The notes: generated by a model not told the origin, from the sequence alone. A stretch of 60,701 bases of DNA, filler included, from Sphacelaria rigidula (GCA_964200075.2; 9 parts of 9 records of this genome joined end to end with filler, not necessarily neighbours in it), one strand, 5' to 3'. Positions 10,671-23,934 are shown, counted from the first letter of the whole stretch. Numbers and translations: made by a program.

Positions 10671-13080
10671 CGTGGCTATACAGCCCGCGGCAGCGGCACC
10701 ACGCAACCGTCGCCGAAAGCGTGGGCAACGTAGCAAGGACGGTGGAGCTGCTAGGTATCTACACGTGTGTAAGCACAAGAAACGATGCGGTGGTGGAACC
10801 GGTCGAAGCATGTCGGGACTGCTGTCCTCGAAATCATGTCTGATAACAAGCACGCACGGAGCAGTGTTCATTTCAGAATATAAATATATACTTGCATGTA
10901 AAGGGACGGAGGAGAAGAAAAAACACGCCGCACGAAAAAAGAGGCGCAGGAGACGAACAGATCGGGCGGCTGCCGACAAGAGGGAAAAGACTGCGAGGGC
11001 GAAGGCCAGGATCGGCATTGACCACAGTGAGGTTGTCCTGAAACCTTGTTACAATCTGGGATGCGATATCGTAGGGTTACAAGACACCAGGAGAGATGGT
11101 CAATCGGTGTTCAGTGCGGCGGGATTCACGGTATTTTGTTCTAGTGGCACAAGCGGGGCTAAGGGAAGGGCAGGGCAACATGGAGTAGGGATCGCTATCA
11201 AGGCGTCAATCCCGGAAGAGATGGGAAGAAATGGTGCCACAGTCGACTACCTCAGTGCTCGACTTATGAAGGTGAAACTTGAACTACACGGCAGATCCAA
11301 CGCAGTATCATTTGTAGTTGGGTATGCCCCGACGGAGACCGTTCCGCTGCGCGACAAGAACAAGTTCTGGGATGACGTATCCGATACCGTCTCACAAGTA
11401 CCTGGCAAGGAACATCTATTCATCGTGATGGATGCCAACGCCCGCACTGGAAAACGAGGGGAGGGAGATGGAGAGAATGATAGCAAAGTACTTGGCGAAG
11501 ACGGGCGGGATGTACTAAGCAATAATGGTGACAGGCTACTGGCCTTTGCAGAGGAACAACGCCTTACTGTGCTAAATACGTTCTTCAGAGCACCCAAGCG
11601 GGGCATCTCGTACACTTTCCAAAGCCCCAACGCTTGGAAGGGACGCTATCGCCTCGACTACATCCTCACAAGACAGACGGACCGAAAACTTGTACGAAAC
11701 ATTTCCGTCCGCCGCCCACCACCCGGAAAACGCGAGTCTGACCATAACCTCGTATCTGCAAAGGTCCGGCTCCGTGGCCGCTTCGCGCCCCATCGCAAGA
11801 TGCAGAAACATGCATCATGACGCGGAACGGCCGACCTTAAAAGGCTGATGACTGACCCGATTTTGAGAGCAATGACGTTGCAAACGGCCTTCCCTCTCGA
11901 CCCCTTGCCTTTAGATACTACCGCCGCTGACATGGCTGCAGGCCTCACCAAGATGCTGATATCCGTCGCAGTAGCCACCGCGCCCCACGAGAAAAACCAA
12001 CAAGGCTCCCACGGCTGGTGCGCAAGTGCCGAGACCATGGATGGCGAGGGAAAAAGCACGGAGGGCACTGATGTCAACGCCCACTGACACAAACCTCAAG
12101 AGAATCTTGAAGAAGGCCAACAAGGAACTTCGTCGTGGCAGAGCACATGCGGTGGAGAGATTCTTCGCGACCTTCGTCAGCCGACCTAAAGCGCACATCG
12201 CGAGAGGTGACCAACGCGGTTTCTACAGGCATCTGAAGGGAATCAAGGTTAAAGGTAGGGAAACATGTAGCTCACAGCAGCGATATATCCGCGACGACAA
12301 GGGTCAACTGCTCAAAAACGTTGAGCCCATCCACCCGCGGTGGGTACAGTGGTTTTACACCCTCCTCAAAATCAAGTCGCCCCGCCTCAACCCAGCAATC
12401 ATCTACCAACTCCAGGCGCGACTTCTGAACACATCGCTAGACGAGGTGCCTACGATAGACGAGACAGCGGATGCCATACGATCTTTGTCCAACGGAAAAG
12501 CCGTTGGCCTAGAAACACTGCCGGCTGAACTGCTGAAGATACGCCTTGACGGCGACAACACTAGCCGACTACAGAGATTCCACGCTATCATTGTTGACAT
12601 CTGGTGCGGAGCAGCCGTTCCACAAGAATGGAAGGATGCCACCATCATCGTGCTCCACAAAAAAGGCGATCGGACGGAATGCGGAAACTACAGAGCAATT
12701 TCACTCGTGTCACACGCTGGCAAGGTGCTCCTCAAGATAATTGCTCGCCACCTAGGCACCTACTGCGAGGACAATGGAATTATGCCTGAAGAGCAGTGCG
12801 CCCTCCGCCCCGAATGCTCAACCGTCCACATGATGTTCACCGTCCCGGAACACCACGAACTTGGCCGGAGACGACAGGTGCCGCTCTACATGTGTTTCGT
12901 CAACCTCACGAAAGTATAAGATTCTGTCAACCGCCCACTGCTGTGGGAAGTTCTGGAACGCTATGGCGTCCCACCCATCATGTTCTCGATCATCCGCCAA
13001 TTCCACGATGGCATGCAAGCTCGGGTGCGCACGAACGACGGGGAATGCTCGGAATGGTTCGACATCGACCAGGGCCTCCC
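10670..13080 (+). mobile_element. Degenerate LINE (RTE-like): APE endonuclease plus partial reverse transcriptase
   Basis: EEP motifs CDIVGLQDTR, GYAPT, MDANAR, NTFF, RLDYIL, SDHNLV. RT motifs [43 protein letters not shown]. Stops at 11820 and 12919; truncated before the catalytic YADD region. Confidence 0.92.
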
Positions 13081-13412
13081 CCACACACGTGGACGGATAT
13101 CACCCTATGGGGCGCACTGTGCAGGGTCCGTACACAGTCCTCCACAGTCTTTGCGAAACAAAAATTGACAGTGAGAACGCAAATCTATACCTGTCGTACC
13201 GTTTTCGTTGAAGCCCTGCAAGCAACTCTGTGGAATGGCCCTCCCAATTGTAAAATTCCAAATTAGTTTGGTACAAAAATCTGTAAATTCATCTCTGACA
13301 GCAGGAGAAGCTACTTAAACCAGAGCCTTTTCTCGCCCAACCTATTCGAGCAAAAGAAGGATTTATTTCGAACAGCAGAAGAATCTATTCAAAATAGATC
13401 CTTTTTTCGCCC

Positions 13413-13512
13413 NNNNNNNNNNNNNNNNNNNNNNNNNNNNNNNNNNNNNNNNNNNNTTAATTAATTAANNNNNNNNNNNNNNNNNNNNNNNNNNNNNNNN
13501 NNNNNNNNNNNN
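13413..13512. other. Artificial contig spacer
   Basis: N run with a central TTAATTAATTAA. Confidence 0.98.
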
Positions 13513-14450
13513 CGGGTCTCTGAGAATCACGTCCAACCTGCCTATCTGTGCCTTCCCCTTTTTATTACTTTGTTTATGTGTGAGAGGGGTGTACTCATGA
13601 TCATGCATGCCAAAGTCATAAGACCATTGAGTTTTATGTGTGAGGGGGAGGCGTGCTCATTCGTGGCTTGTGTGGGAGAGAGGGGGGCGTGTTTCGATCC
13701 CCTTGTGTTGGTACGAAAGAGACACTTTTGTTTTGAACGCTCCTGGTATCAACACACTGTAGCACACGCATTTCCCTTCGTTTTCGTATCGTTTCGCAGA
13801 TTTTTCATGCCTTCCAAAACACCCTGTGTCCCTCTCTTGCTCCCTCTCTTTTGAGTTTTTGCGCTCCCCTTTTCACCACTTGTATCACAAAATTACTTTT
13901 CCCAAAAAGGAATCGCTGTAATAGTGATGATGATGTCGATGATGATGATGATGTCCTGTCAGGTCGTGTTCAGAGACCGAAAACTGTCCATCCCTCGCTC
14001 GAGTAAACATTAACCGCATTCCTCCACAAGGTTTTCAAAGAGTAACCATTTTTTTTCGGGTAAATGTACTTCGTCTATCCGTGGATATTTATATACATAT
14101 ATCATGTCATATCGTGAAGAGTACTCAACTCCGTCTGTGTTGAAGGCCTTTGGACCATGGGGCGAAGCCTCGGCCGTGGGCTAGGAGTCGCGGCGGGGTG
14201 GCATTCATGTCCACCTCGATTGATGCGGCGATGGATGTACACTGCTTAACACGCCCCCCCCCCTCGTCAGAGAATAAGGGGTAACACGCACTGAAGAAGT
14301 CGATAGAATCAGGGTTCGAATCACAGTCTCGTGCCTCCCTCCTGTTCGAGGATAAGGTCGATAGGTATGAGAGTAGTAAAACGGAATGGGTTTCGTGAAG
14401 GAGTTGGTGGAAGTCGCGATGGACTTTGCTCCAGCTAAGCTACCGTGCCG

Positions 14451-14451
14451 A

Positions 14452-14485
<34 letters not shown>

Positions 14486-14517
14486 GGAGAGAGAGAGAGA
14501 GAGAGAGAGAGTGTGTG
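14451..14517. repeat. Compound (TG)n(AG)n microsatellite
   Basis: Read directly from the sequence. Confidence 0.95.
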
Positions 14518-14821
14518 TTCGTAGGAATGCCAACACGTTGCGCAGAGAACGATTTTTTTCCTCTCATGCTTTCGTGTGGAAGGGAAAGAATATCGTCCTA
14601 TAACATGGGTGGCAGCTTTTATATGATAGGGTGAGGGATGAGCACACACATATAAGAGTACGGTAGTGAAATGAACAAGGGTTTCAGATATCAAATCACA
14701 ATCTCCTTCGTGGCAGCTTATGATGTTCAGGGCTGTGATCAATGCTGTATTCGTCACATGGCGAGGCAGCTGCACGGAAAAACAAGACGAGGCTACCAAC
14801 TTCCCCCGAATCCCCTGTCCC

Positions 14822-15345
14822 GCCCCCCTGAGGGTTGACGTCGGTTGGCAACGACGCTGTAAAACATGCCACTCGCTGCGTAAGCTAGGCAACGAGGTTA
14901 CCGAGTTTTTTCGTTGCGCACTTGCGTATTTTTTGCGGTCACCATGATGGTGTTGGTGGCGAGGTAAATAATATTGTGCGGGGTGGAGAACCCTACCTCC
15001 GCGCAAAGGGGATGATTGTACCACGTAGTGTTTCAAGTGACAAGACACCAATGCGGCAATGTGTAACCCATGGCTGTCTCTGGAAGTAGCGATACCAGAA
15101 AATGAAGCAACGCATTGGAGGCTCTTATCCAAATGCAAGGTAATCAGCACGCTTCCGGCCGAAGAATCTTGGCAAGATGCAGCTCACCCTTCATGCGACT
15201 CGCCGAACACATGACGGCGCTTCGCGCCTAGTGATCGATTACGAGCCTGGTCCGGCGAAAGCCCGGCGTGCTCCGTCCCGGCTTTGTAGAGATGCGAGGT
15301 CATGAGTCTTATGGCAACGGCATGCAAGATCATGAGTACACCCAT
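14822..15345 (-). mobile_element. Dispersed repeat family R1, near full-length copy
   Basis: Reverse complement of 37172-37680; shared blocks include ctggtatcgc.acttccagagac, gcttacgcag.gagtggc and aaagccgggacggagcacgccggg. Confidence 0.85.
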
Positions 15346-16899
15346 CTTCCGCCCCCCGATTGTAATGCACCGTCTGTAACGTATGGATTGCTGGAGGTGT
15401 CTCTATGAGGAATGAGAGCGGTGCTTCGTCTAGAAAGGGATGCGTGGTCGATGGTCAAATTATGAATTCGGGAAATAACTTAGGCTCCCTCCCTGCCGTC
15501 CCCGTACCCCACCCGTGAACAATGACCAACAGGTCAAGCGATGTCCCTCGGCGTCCGAGAGGGTTGCACGGTGGTGGGTATAAACGGCGAAAAATATTTG
15601 TCCCATGCTCATACCGTGGCCACCCTCAAGCACGCACGGCGACCGATCACTGTCCGCTTCAAGGCACCGGAGGCACGGACTGGTTACCCCTGATATATGT
15701 TGTGTCGGTTGATTTTGTGGTTTTCCTTAGTACTGTACGTGCTCCTCGTGTCGAACGTGTTGGTCGACAACGCACACCGTAACGCACGGGACGAACATCG
15801 ATCCAAGTGCCTGTTAGACTAGTGAGGAGATGAACGATGTTATTCGCATCATCCCTGAAATCTCGGTGATAGTTTCTTGGGCGAGGCGTGAAGTGCCACG
15901 TGTTTTTGGTCGTCGCCTGCTCTATTTCGAGGGCGAGCATATCGATATATATATATATATATATTATAGGACGTTGTGTATGTGTTCAGTGTGTTACATA
16001 TTTTGTGGTACCGGCAATGCATGGGTGCACACATGGTAAAGACATGCACCCCTCCACTCCTGCCCTCCCCCCGCCGATTTGTTGTTGTTGTTGGTGTTGT
16101 GTCGGAACATTGTCCCGGCTGTGAAGTGTCTGATATTATTTCTATTTTTTCAAAGGTTTGTGGAAGGGGGGTCGGCGGGGCCGGGGAGGGGGAGGGGGGT
16201 GTGAGGATGAAACAGACGTCTGCTTCGGTCGGTGGTGAGTTGATTTGTTTGTGTGGGAAAAGGGTGTGGTGTGTGAAGGGCAGCTGTAATGTTTTGGACT
16301 GTTTGCGTTCGGTTGGTTTGTTGTTCTTTGGCGAGGTGTGTGCGGTGATTGCACGAGGGTGATGCTCTTCTGCTTCCTTCGGTACGGGTGGGAGGCGCGG
16401 GGGCAATCTCGAGAGATGAAGGTCTGTGTGACTTTGTGACTAGACCCCTCCCCTCGTGCGCAAGCAGCTGGCTGCAGCAAAATTTCTGCTGCGAGCTAGC
16501 TATGCTCTTGTTGTATGTCGTGGTCCACTTTTTGGTCGCCTGTGCTGTCTGTCGGCCGACCCATATAATTTACGGGATGTACCAAACGACGTTATAAAAA
16601 AATCTCATGGTGCGAAGAATCCACAGATTTCGCGTGTTTCCAAGACGGTGGACAAGATTTGTTACGCGGTGAAAATGGCCACCACCTTGTGCACAGTCTT
16701 TTGGCTGTCTTCCACAGGACGATGTATTTTGGGGATGTGAGATGAACCCAGGGAGTGAGCGCGAATGATTTAATGCTTCGATTTTCGGGGGCCAGCGTTT
16801 CTGTGTACATCCCGCGACTATGGATCGTCGGACAGTCCCGCCCGCATAATCGTCGATACTGGAAGATGATTGATTGATTGCTATGCAAGGACACAACTA

Positions 16900-18720
16900 G
16901 AGCAATCAGCCTCAGCATGACGGGAAAATTGCCACGCATGTGTAGATAGTCGTCATGCAGTACGCCATGAAAAAAAAGAGTTTTGCCCTCCTCATGGTGC
17001 TATCTGACATAAACGGACGGTATTTTTTGTCGTCATTTTCCAGAATGCACGAGCATATATCTCCCGCCAAACGCCTTCATCCAGCGGTTTGGCGAAAACG
17101 AGCGCCAATTACAATGACCATGACGTGAACTTCGAATTATATACAGATATTTTCAACATATAATGGAGGCTGGTTCACCGAAAAGACCCGAAAAACCCTC
17201 ATCGGTAAAACTTCACGCCCTTTTAAGGAGTGTTAGACCCTGAAATTCTGCGCAAGTATTCTCTAGGCCATCACGTCACTTTCCAAAGGCAAGTTTTTTT
17301 CCCCACTTTTTTACTTTTTTTTCACCGTTGGTCGGTGAAACTTCGATGCAGGCGGACCCCCGTAAAACGGTAAAAACGAAAAAAAAAAAATCGTTCATCC
17401 AAAGTTGTGTAATTACCCATAGAGTACCTGTGCGAAATTTCAGGGTCTGACTCCTTGAAACGGCGTGAAGTTTCTCGCGTTTGTGCGATGAACCTCGCCG
17501 TGCCGCGCTGAAACCGCAAACTACCAGATTTTAGTATTAATAAAGCGTTTTGGGGGCCTTATTCGACGTGAACATGAAAATCCAAGCATCAGTTGATCGA
17601 GTTTGGCCACGAAACTTTGTGGGGCTCTTCCTTGGGGTTTGCGGCAGCAGTGCATTTGAAGAAAAATTGAAAAAAATCGTTGTGCCGGTTTCCCGGGGTC
17701 CCAGAATGGACGACTTCGAAAAAACGACTTGGATCCCGTCGGACCCCCGAAAAACTGGGAAAAAATCGAGTAGAAAAACCTCGTTGATCGAAACTCGTGT
17801 AATGGCTCATAGCACATTTGTGCAAAGTTTTGGGGTCTAACTCCTAATAACTGTGTGAAAGTTTGCGCAATTCTACGAGGATGTGAGGTTGAAACGTGCA
17901 AACTCCTAACTACTTGGTTTTAGTATGAAAACGTATTTTTGGGGGTGAATTTTACGTCAAGGCAACAAAAACCGTACGAGATTTTCGAGTTTCTCCACCA
18001 AACTTTGTACATGTGTTCCTTGGACTTTCCCGGGACGCATCATGTTTTTCTTTGTTCTTTCGAGCCATTCTCCACCGCCTTCCGGGGGTCTTGATACTGG
18101 GACCCCCGGAAGCCGGTAGAGAACGGAGAAACTTCGAAATCTTGCCAAGAGCACAATTTTTCCATTTGGAGCATCAATACCTAAGGAACTGCCAAGTTTG
18201 AGGATGATCTCAGCTTTCCTACGACAGATACAAGGAAAATCGTCACGAGGCTTCCTGAGTCTTTCGTACGTATCATGAGTGGAAATCAGACGAGGCCAAA
18301 ACTTCACCGAAACATTACGGTTTCGGGTATAATTCGACCCCGTTGGAACCGTTGTGAAATCCGCTTCTCCCGTTAGATTCCTGAGGTGATGACGGTCACT
18401 ACGAGTTGAGGCATGTGGAGATTCGGTTTAAAATGGGCTTGGAATTCGTGCTTTCATTTTCAGAACAGTTTGAAGGCGCTGATTGGTCGAGACACATTCT
18501 TGTCCATAGGGCCACCGCTACAGGCTTGAACAAAAATCCGGCTATGTCACCCTCTTCGTCTGTTTATTGCGGTCAGCATGATACCATGTACGCGATTATT
18601 GGGTGCGTATTGCAGAAGGCATTTGCTGATGACAGAATTTTGGGTCTTTCGCGTGAACCAGCCGGCACAGACCGCCGAAAAAAGGGGGTGCACACGCCAC
18701 TAGTGAAGACATGTATTTAG
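16900..18720. mobile_element. Putative large non-autonomous DNA transposon with modular internal inverted and direct repeats
   Basis: Inverted pair at 17207-17266 / 17420-17473; 17740-17900 resembles 17350-17530; weak outer IR at ~16993-17020 / ~18558-18590; homologous segment at 27660-27850. Boundaries are approximate. Confidence 0.5.
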
Positions 18721-19500
18721 AGCGCTCACCGTCGTAACTGATGGTAAAACATGATCTGAAACCTCTCCACCATGGCAGGAATAGTAGCGAGGAAGAAAAA
18801 AAAGTCTTGAGATGCCGCGTGTGTCAGTGTACGGCACTCTACCGTATGTATATATGCAATTTTATACAACCTTTCCCCCCCTCGTTTTCTACAGGATGAT
18901 TCACATCACACCTCACACATCAATCATCACCACTCCCAACACCACCCACTAACAAACCATCACTATCCTCCTAACACTGGCACCTTTTGCGAAGCACAGC
19001 GACATCGACTATGTGACCCTCGACAGAAAACACCACCACCCGGAATAAAGAAAATGCAAAAAAGCAATAAAAAAATCAAGAGGAAACATGATCGTCCCTT
19101 CGGGTAAAACCTCCTGGTTGTGCCCCGGCCCTACCCCCATTACCACCACCACCGCCCACAGCACGCTGCCCCTGTGCGTTATCTGCGTATCCCGAGGCCA
19201 CACCAGCCCGAGCTCTTCCGTCTATACCCGCGGTCGCTTCCCCCCTCCTCTCGACCCCGTCCACTCCCTCTTGCCATTTCTCGAAGTCGTTTCGGTCCCC
19301 CGTTGTACCCCGTGGGTCGGTGGCGTCGGGCCTGCGATATCTTTCATGCGAGTCCTGCTGTTGGACAAGTGAGGTGGTGAGTGGTGACGCCCAGAGCGGA
19401 GGGGGGAGGGGGGGGAACGGAGGAAAGGGAAAAGTGCTTATTAGTACATCGTACGACTTTCAAAATTACTCCACTACGTTTTGAATCACACTTCAGTAGT

Positions 19501-19552
19501 CGGTCGCCCCGGTGGCTCAGTTGGTAACCTCAAAACCTTCTGACGGTTGCGC
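19501..19552 (+). mobile_element. 5' fragment of tRNA-derived SINE family A
   Basis: cggtcgccccggTGGCTCAGTTGGtaacc...ttctgacggtt matches the SINE head at 5725-5777 (-). Confidence 0.6.
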
Positions 19553-19599
19553 AGGCACCATAGGTGAGGTAGGTAGGTACCCGGTACCGGTATTTGGGA

Positions 19600-20168
19600 C
19601 ATATCATACCCTACCGATACCGGTCCCATCGGGTATTTTCAAATGTCATGCCTACGACACCCACGATACCACGGTATTTCGATATGTCAATATCTACCAT
19701 ACCCACCCAGTCGGGTATTTTCAAATGTCGTACCTACTCTACCCACGATACCACGGTATTTCGAGATACCAGTACCTACCGTACCCGCTCAATCAGGTCT
19801 TTTCAAAACCCATACTTACGATACCTACGATACCACGATATTTCGAGATTTCAATACCTACCGTACCCGCTCAATCAGGTAGTTCCAAAAGTCATACCTA
19901 CGATACCACGATATTTCGAGATTTCAATACCTACCGTACCCGCTCAATCAGGTAGTTCCAAAAGTCATACCTACGGTACCTACGATACCACGGTATTTCG
20001 AGATTTCAATACCTACCGTACCCGCTCAATCAGGTATTTCCAAAAGTCATACCTACGGTACCTACGATACCACGGTATTTCGAGATTTCAATACCTACCG
20101 TACCTGCTCAACCAGGTATTTTCACAACTCATACCTACGATACCCACGCATACCACGGTATGGGATAC
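19600..20168. repeat. Minisatellite, ~72-82 bp unit, ~7 copies, running into the gap
   Basis: The unit cgataccacggtatttcgagatttcaatacctaccgtacccgctcaatcaggt... recurs at ~19665, 19747, 19829, 19901, 19983 and 20065. Confidence 0.92.
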
Positions 20169-20268
20169 NNNNNNNNNNNNNNNNNNNNNNNNNNNNNNNN
20201 NNNNNNNNNNNNTTAATTAATTAANNNNNNNNNNNNNNNNNNNNNNNNNNNNNNNNNNNNNNNNNNNN
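20169..20268. other. Artificial contig spacer
   Basis: N run with a central TTAATTAATTAA. Confidence 0.98.
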
Positions 20269-20630
20269 ACCACAAGGCATTATCATGTACTGTACTGATG
20301 AAGTGTCCTACACTGTATTACCCTAGAATATCAAGGTACGACACTGTACTTGAAGCCTGCCTGCTTTTCAGCCTCATGCACGAGAACGCAGTACCACACT
20401 CATGCAAAAAATGACATTCTGTGTACAGAACCGTTTCACTGATCATGTACTGTACTAATGAAGTGTCCTACACTGTATTACCCTTATGTCTCAAGGTACG
20501 ACACTGTACTCGAAGGATTGCTTACCGCATGCCTGCTCTTCATGCACGAGAACCCAGTACCGCACTCATGCAAGAAATGACCGTCTGTGTACAGTACCGT
20601 TTCACAAATCTGTGATGGTGTACCGTCTGT
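20269..20630. repeat. Tandem repeat, ~160 bp unit
   Basis: tcatgtactgtact.atgaagtgtcctacactgtattaccc occurs at ~20283 and ~20443. Confidence 0.85.
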
Positions 20631-20659
20631 GCCATGAGATGGTCAACCAAATTTTGAGT

Positions 20660-22386
20660 ATTGCTGCCCTGCAACTGCCAGGCGGTTGGACTGCACATTC
20701 AATGTTTAAACTGCCAATGGACGAATCATTGACCCCATCCTGCGTATGTAATATAAAACCTCAAACACAAAGGGCAGAACTGATACAAAGAAGTGACCTC
20801 ATCATTTGGGACGAGCTGCCTATGACACACAGATACTGTGTTGAAGCTTTGGACAGGACCCTTCAAGATCTCATGAAAAATGACACAATTTTCGGTGGCA
20901 AAACAATTTTATTCAGCGGTGACTGGCGCCAGACAGGTCCTATAGTCAAAAATGGTTCTGCAACTGACACCATTGACGCAGCATTCATCTCTAGCACTTT
21001 GTGGAAAAATGTACAACGAATGAAACTAACAAAATCACCGAGGGATAAAGACAATCCCCAGTATGCTGCATTTGTTCGGGATATAGGGGAAGGATCAAAA
21101 CCAACCAAAATAATTAACGGAACTGAATTTATCATCTTAAACAACCATAACGACGACAATCAATCTAACCACTTTCAAGTAAAATACACGACAAATTTTA
21201 GCGATCTGATCAAATTTGTTTACCCAGATGTTACCGAAGACTCCCGTACATGGGAAAAACGATCAATATTAGCCACCACAAACAATGCCATTGACCGTTC
21301 CAATGATGACATCTCCGACCTACGTCCGGGAAAACACTGCTCTTTCTATAGTTCGGATTCTCTCATTTCAGACGAATCATCATCTCACACAGCATTTGCA
21401 TCGACTGAACATCTCAACCAGCTCAACGTGCAAGGTGTTCCACCGCATCAACTTCAGCTCAAAACGGATGGTCTCGTGATGATCACAAGGAACCTCAACT
21501 TCTCAGAAGGACTCGTCAACGGCCAAAAATGTGTGTTGCGCGCTATTTCACCCAATACGAGAGTAATACAAGTTGAGCTTCTCACCGATGAAACACCCAG
21601 ACCAATAGTTTTGATTCCAAGAATCGGTTTCCATGCAAAGGTTGGACGGAATGGGATAAATTTTATGCGTGTACAGTTTCCCCTTAGAACGGCTTATTCA
21701 ATGACAATTAACAAGAGCCAAGGACAAACTTTGACAAAAATAGGTTTAGACTTGAGATCGCCTGCTTTCGCCCATGGTGAACTGTACGTCACATTAAGCC
21801 GCGCACAAAATCGTCAATCTATCATGTGTCTTCTACCTCCAGACCACATCATCGACGGCATTCCACACACAGAGAATGTTGTCTATTCGCAATTCATAGA
21901 TGCTGCCACCAGTAAAGATCATCAACGCTCAACTGACGCGAACGTTCCGTACCCAACGTGGACTGTTCAGATTGAAACAGGAGATGCTTCGTGCGGGTTC
22001 AGGGCGATTTCTAGGCGTTTCCTTGGAGATCCTGAATTGCATATGAAAGCTCGACATCAAATTCTGAGACACCTAGCAAACAACCGTCACAACAACGATT
22101 TCCACATTTACGACGGGATCGACAAAGAACATCTCTACAGTCACAACCAAGCACTTACTCCTCATATGACGATTACCTTTCAAAAATGTCAATGCCAGGC
22201 ACATACATGGGCCAACCGGAAATAACAGCAGCTATTTCCATATATGAGTGCCCCATAAGTGTTCACTTTCATTCTTCAACGCTGCCGCACCCCAACCTAG
22301 TGGACCCAGACGAGCTATATTTAAAATTCAACACTGCAGCAAAGCATTACGACACATTCATCATCCATCAAAGTACTAACCATTGA
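20660..22386 (+). mobile_element. Helitron RepHel C-terminal fragment: PIF1-family helicase plus OTU-like protease domain (one frameshift)
   Basis: Helicase motifs IAALQLPGGWTAHSMFKLP, IIWDELPM, GGKTILFSGDWRQ, PPHQLQLK, RNLNFSEGLVNG, RVQFPLRTAYSMTINKSQGQT, FAHGELYVTLSR. These are followed by GDASCGFRA and, after a frameshift at ~22150, DDYLSKMSMPGTYMGQPEITAA...HYD. Walker A and the Rep domain are absent. Confidence 0.88.
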
Positions 22387-22658
22387 TTCAACGTGTATGC
22401 TCCAATTTGTCCTTCACCACGTATTGTACTCAAGGTGGCGCATCATGATGACAACTTCGACATAGTCGACCGTCACCAACCGGCATGGTCTATCACCTGT
22501 CAACGGCATCAGTTCGGCGTGCTTTTTGACCCACACGCCAGGGTCAATCTCCAGAAACTATTTTTGTCGCCAGTGCCTATCAGTTCAAGACTTCATATGT
22601 AGTGTTTTAAGTCAATGTTCCTACATGGCTTCTGATAAATTTTCTCTAAGTTGCAGCA

Positions 22659-23646
22659 AGCGTGACTGCGTCAAGTAAGGGGTTCATAAAACCCAAAATT
22701 AAACAGGGTGTGGCTTTTTTTCAACAGGGGTCATTCCTCTCGTGTGTCTGCGTTCATTCCCTTTGGTGGGTTGTTTTTAGATTTTCCCTGAAGCAATTTT
22801 TAGCTACAGAGTCAGCGTCAAAGGTTTTCAGTTTTCGTAGTTATTCTTTTTTCTGAGTTTACCTCGAGTACCGTTCTTCACTACTGCTTGAAAGTGCTAG
22901 CTAGCGCCGGTAGGATTTGCCGGTAGATTTAGGGACAAAGCGTAGGTCGCGCTCAAACTGCAGTGCTCACGTTGGTGTTTTTAGGTCGATACGGATTTCC
23001 TACTCCGTTCATCAGGAGGGTGTTATTGACCGTTTTTGGTCCGATATAAGGAGTTGACGTTCTAAGGGCGATACGGACTTCCTACTCTGTTTATCAGGAG
23101 CGTGTTGTTTACCGTTTTTGGTCCAATTTAAGGGTTTTCCCACTCAAAAACAAACCGGTAAATATTCAAATTGAAGAATACGTTTAAAATTCTTCATGCT
23201 AGCGTGAGTGCGTCAAGTAAGGGGTTCATAAAGCCCAAAATTAAACACGGTGTGGCTTTTTTTACACCAGTGGTCATTCCTCCCGTGTGTCTGCGTTCAT
23301 TCCCTTTGGTCGGTTGTTTTTAGGTTTTCCCTGCAGCAATATTTAGCTGTGGTAGTCAGCATCAGAATTTTTCAGAATTCGTATTTGTTCTTTTTTCAGA
23401 GTTTACCTGGAGTACCGTTTTTCACTACTACTTGAAAGAGCTACCGCCGGTAGATTTAGGGACAAAGCGTAGGCCGCGCTCAAACTGCAGTGCTCACGTT
23501 GGTGTTTTTGGGGCAATACGGATCTGTTACTCCGTTTACCAGGAGGGTGTTTTTGACCGTTTTTGGTCCAATATAACGAGTTTTCCCGCTCTTCAGCAAC
23601 GCACCAGTAAATATTCGAATGACACAAAACGTTTAAAATTCTTCAT
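22659..23646. repeat. Tandem duplication of ~450-540 bp in the Helitron 3' region
   Basis: agcgtga.tgcgtcaagtaaggggttcataaa occurs at 22659 and 23201; both copies end cgtttaaaattcttcat. Confidence 0.9.
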
Positions 23647-23934
23647 AAACACGATCACGATCGTGTTTCCCTCCTACACGACACAGACCTCATTCTAGCA
23701 TTTTCTGCGGGTGGTCTATTTTCGGGGGTTTCCCGCATAACATTTTCCGATCCGTAAATTGTTGCCATGTTGACATCAACTGTGCTTTCCTTTATCAACA
23801 GTACTTTACATTTCTGGCTCCGATGTGGTTCTCAATATTCTCCTGCCAAGTCTGTCCTCCTTCTTTCCAACATCACCGTCACTCTTGGCAACATTTCTCA
23901 CAAGTCTAAACGTTATGACACCGCAGTCGCCGAA

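Noticed and set aside
14200..14450. Possible SINE (GGTTCGAATC B box with a microsatellite tail)
   Set aside because: No clear A box at the proper spacing and no second copy in the window.
19600..20168. Regularly spaced repeats resembling a CRISPR array
   Set aside because: The intervening sequences are themselves repeated (no unique spacers), there are no cas genes, and the context is eukaryotic; it is a minisatellite.
20486..20659. N-terminal 58 aa of the 579-aa helicase ORF
   Set aside because: Derives from the adjacent tandem repeat; helicase homology begins at ~20660, so the ORF is a truncated TE fragment rather than a complete gene.
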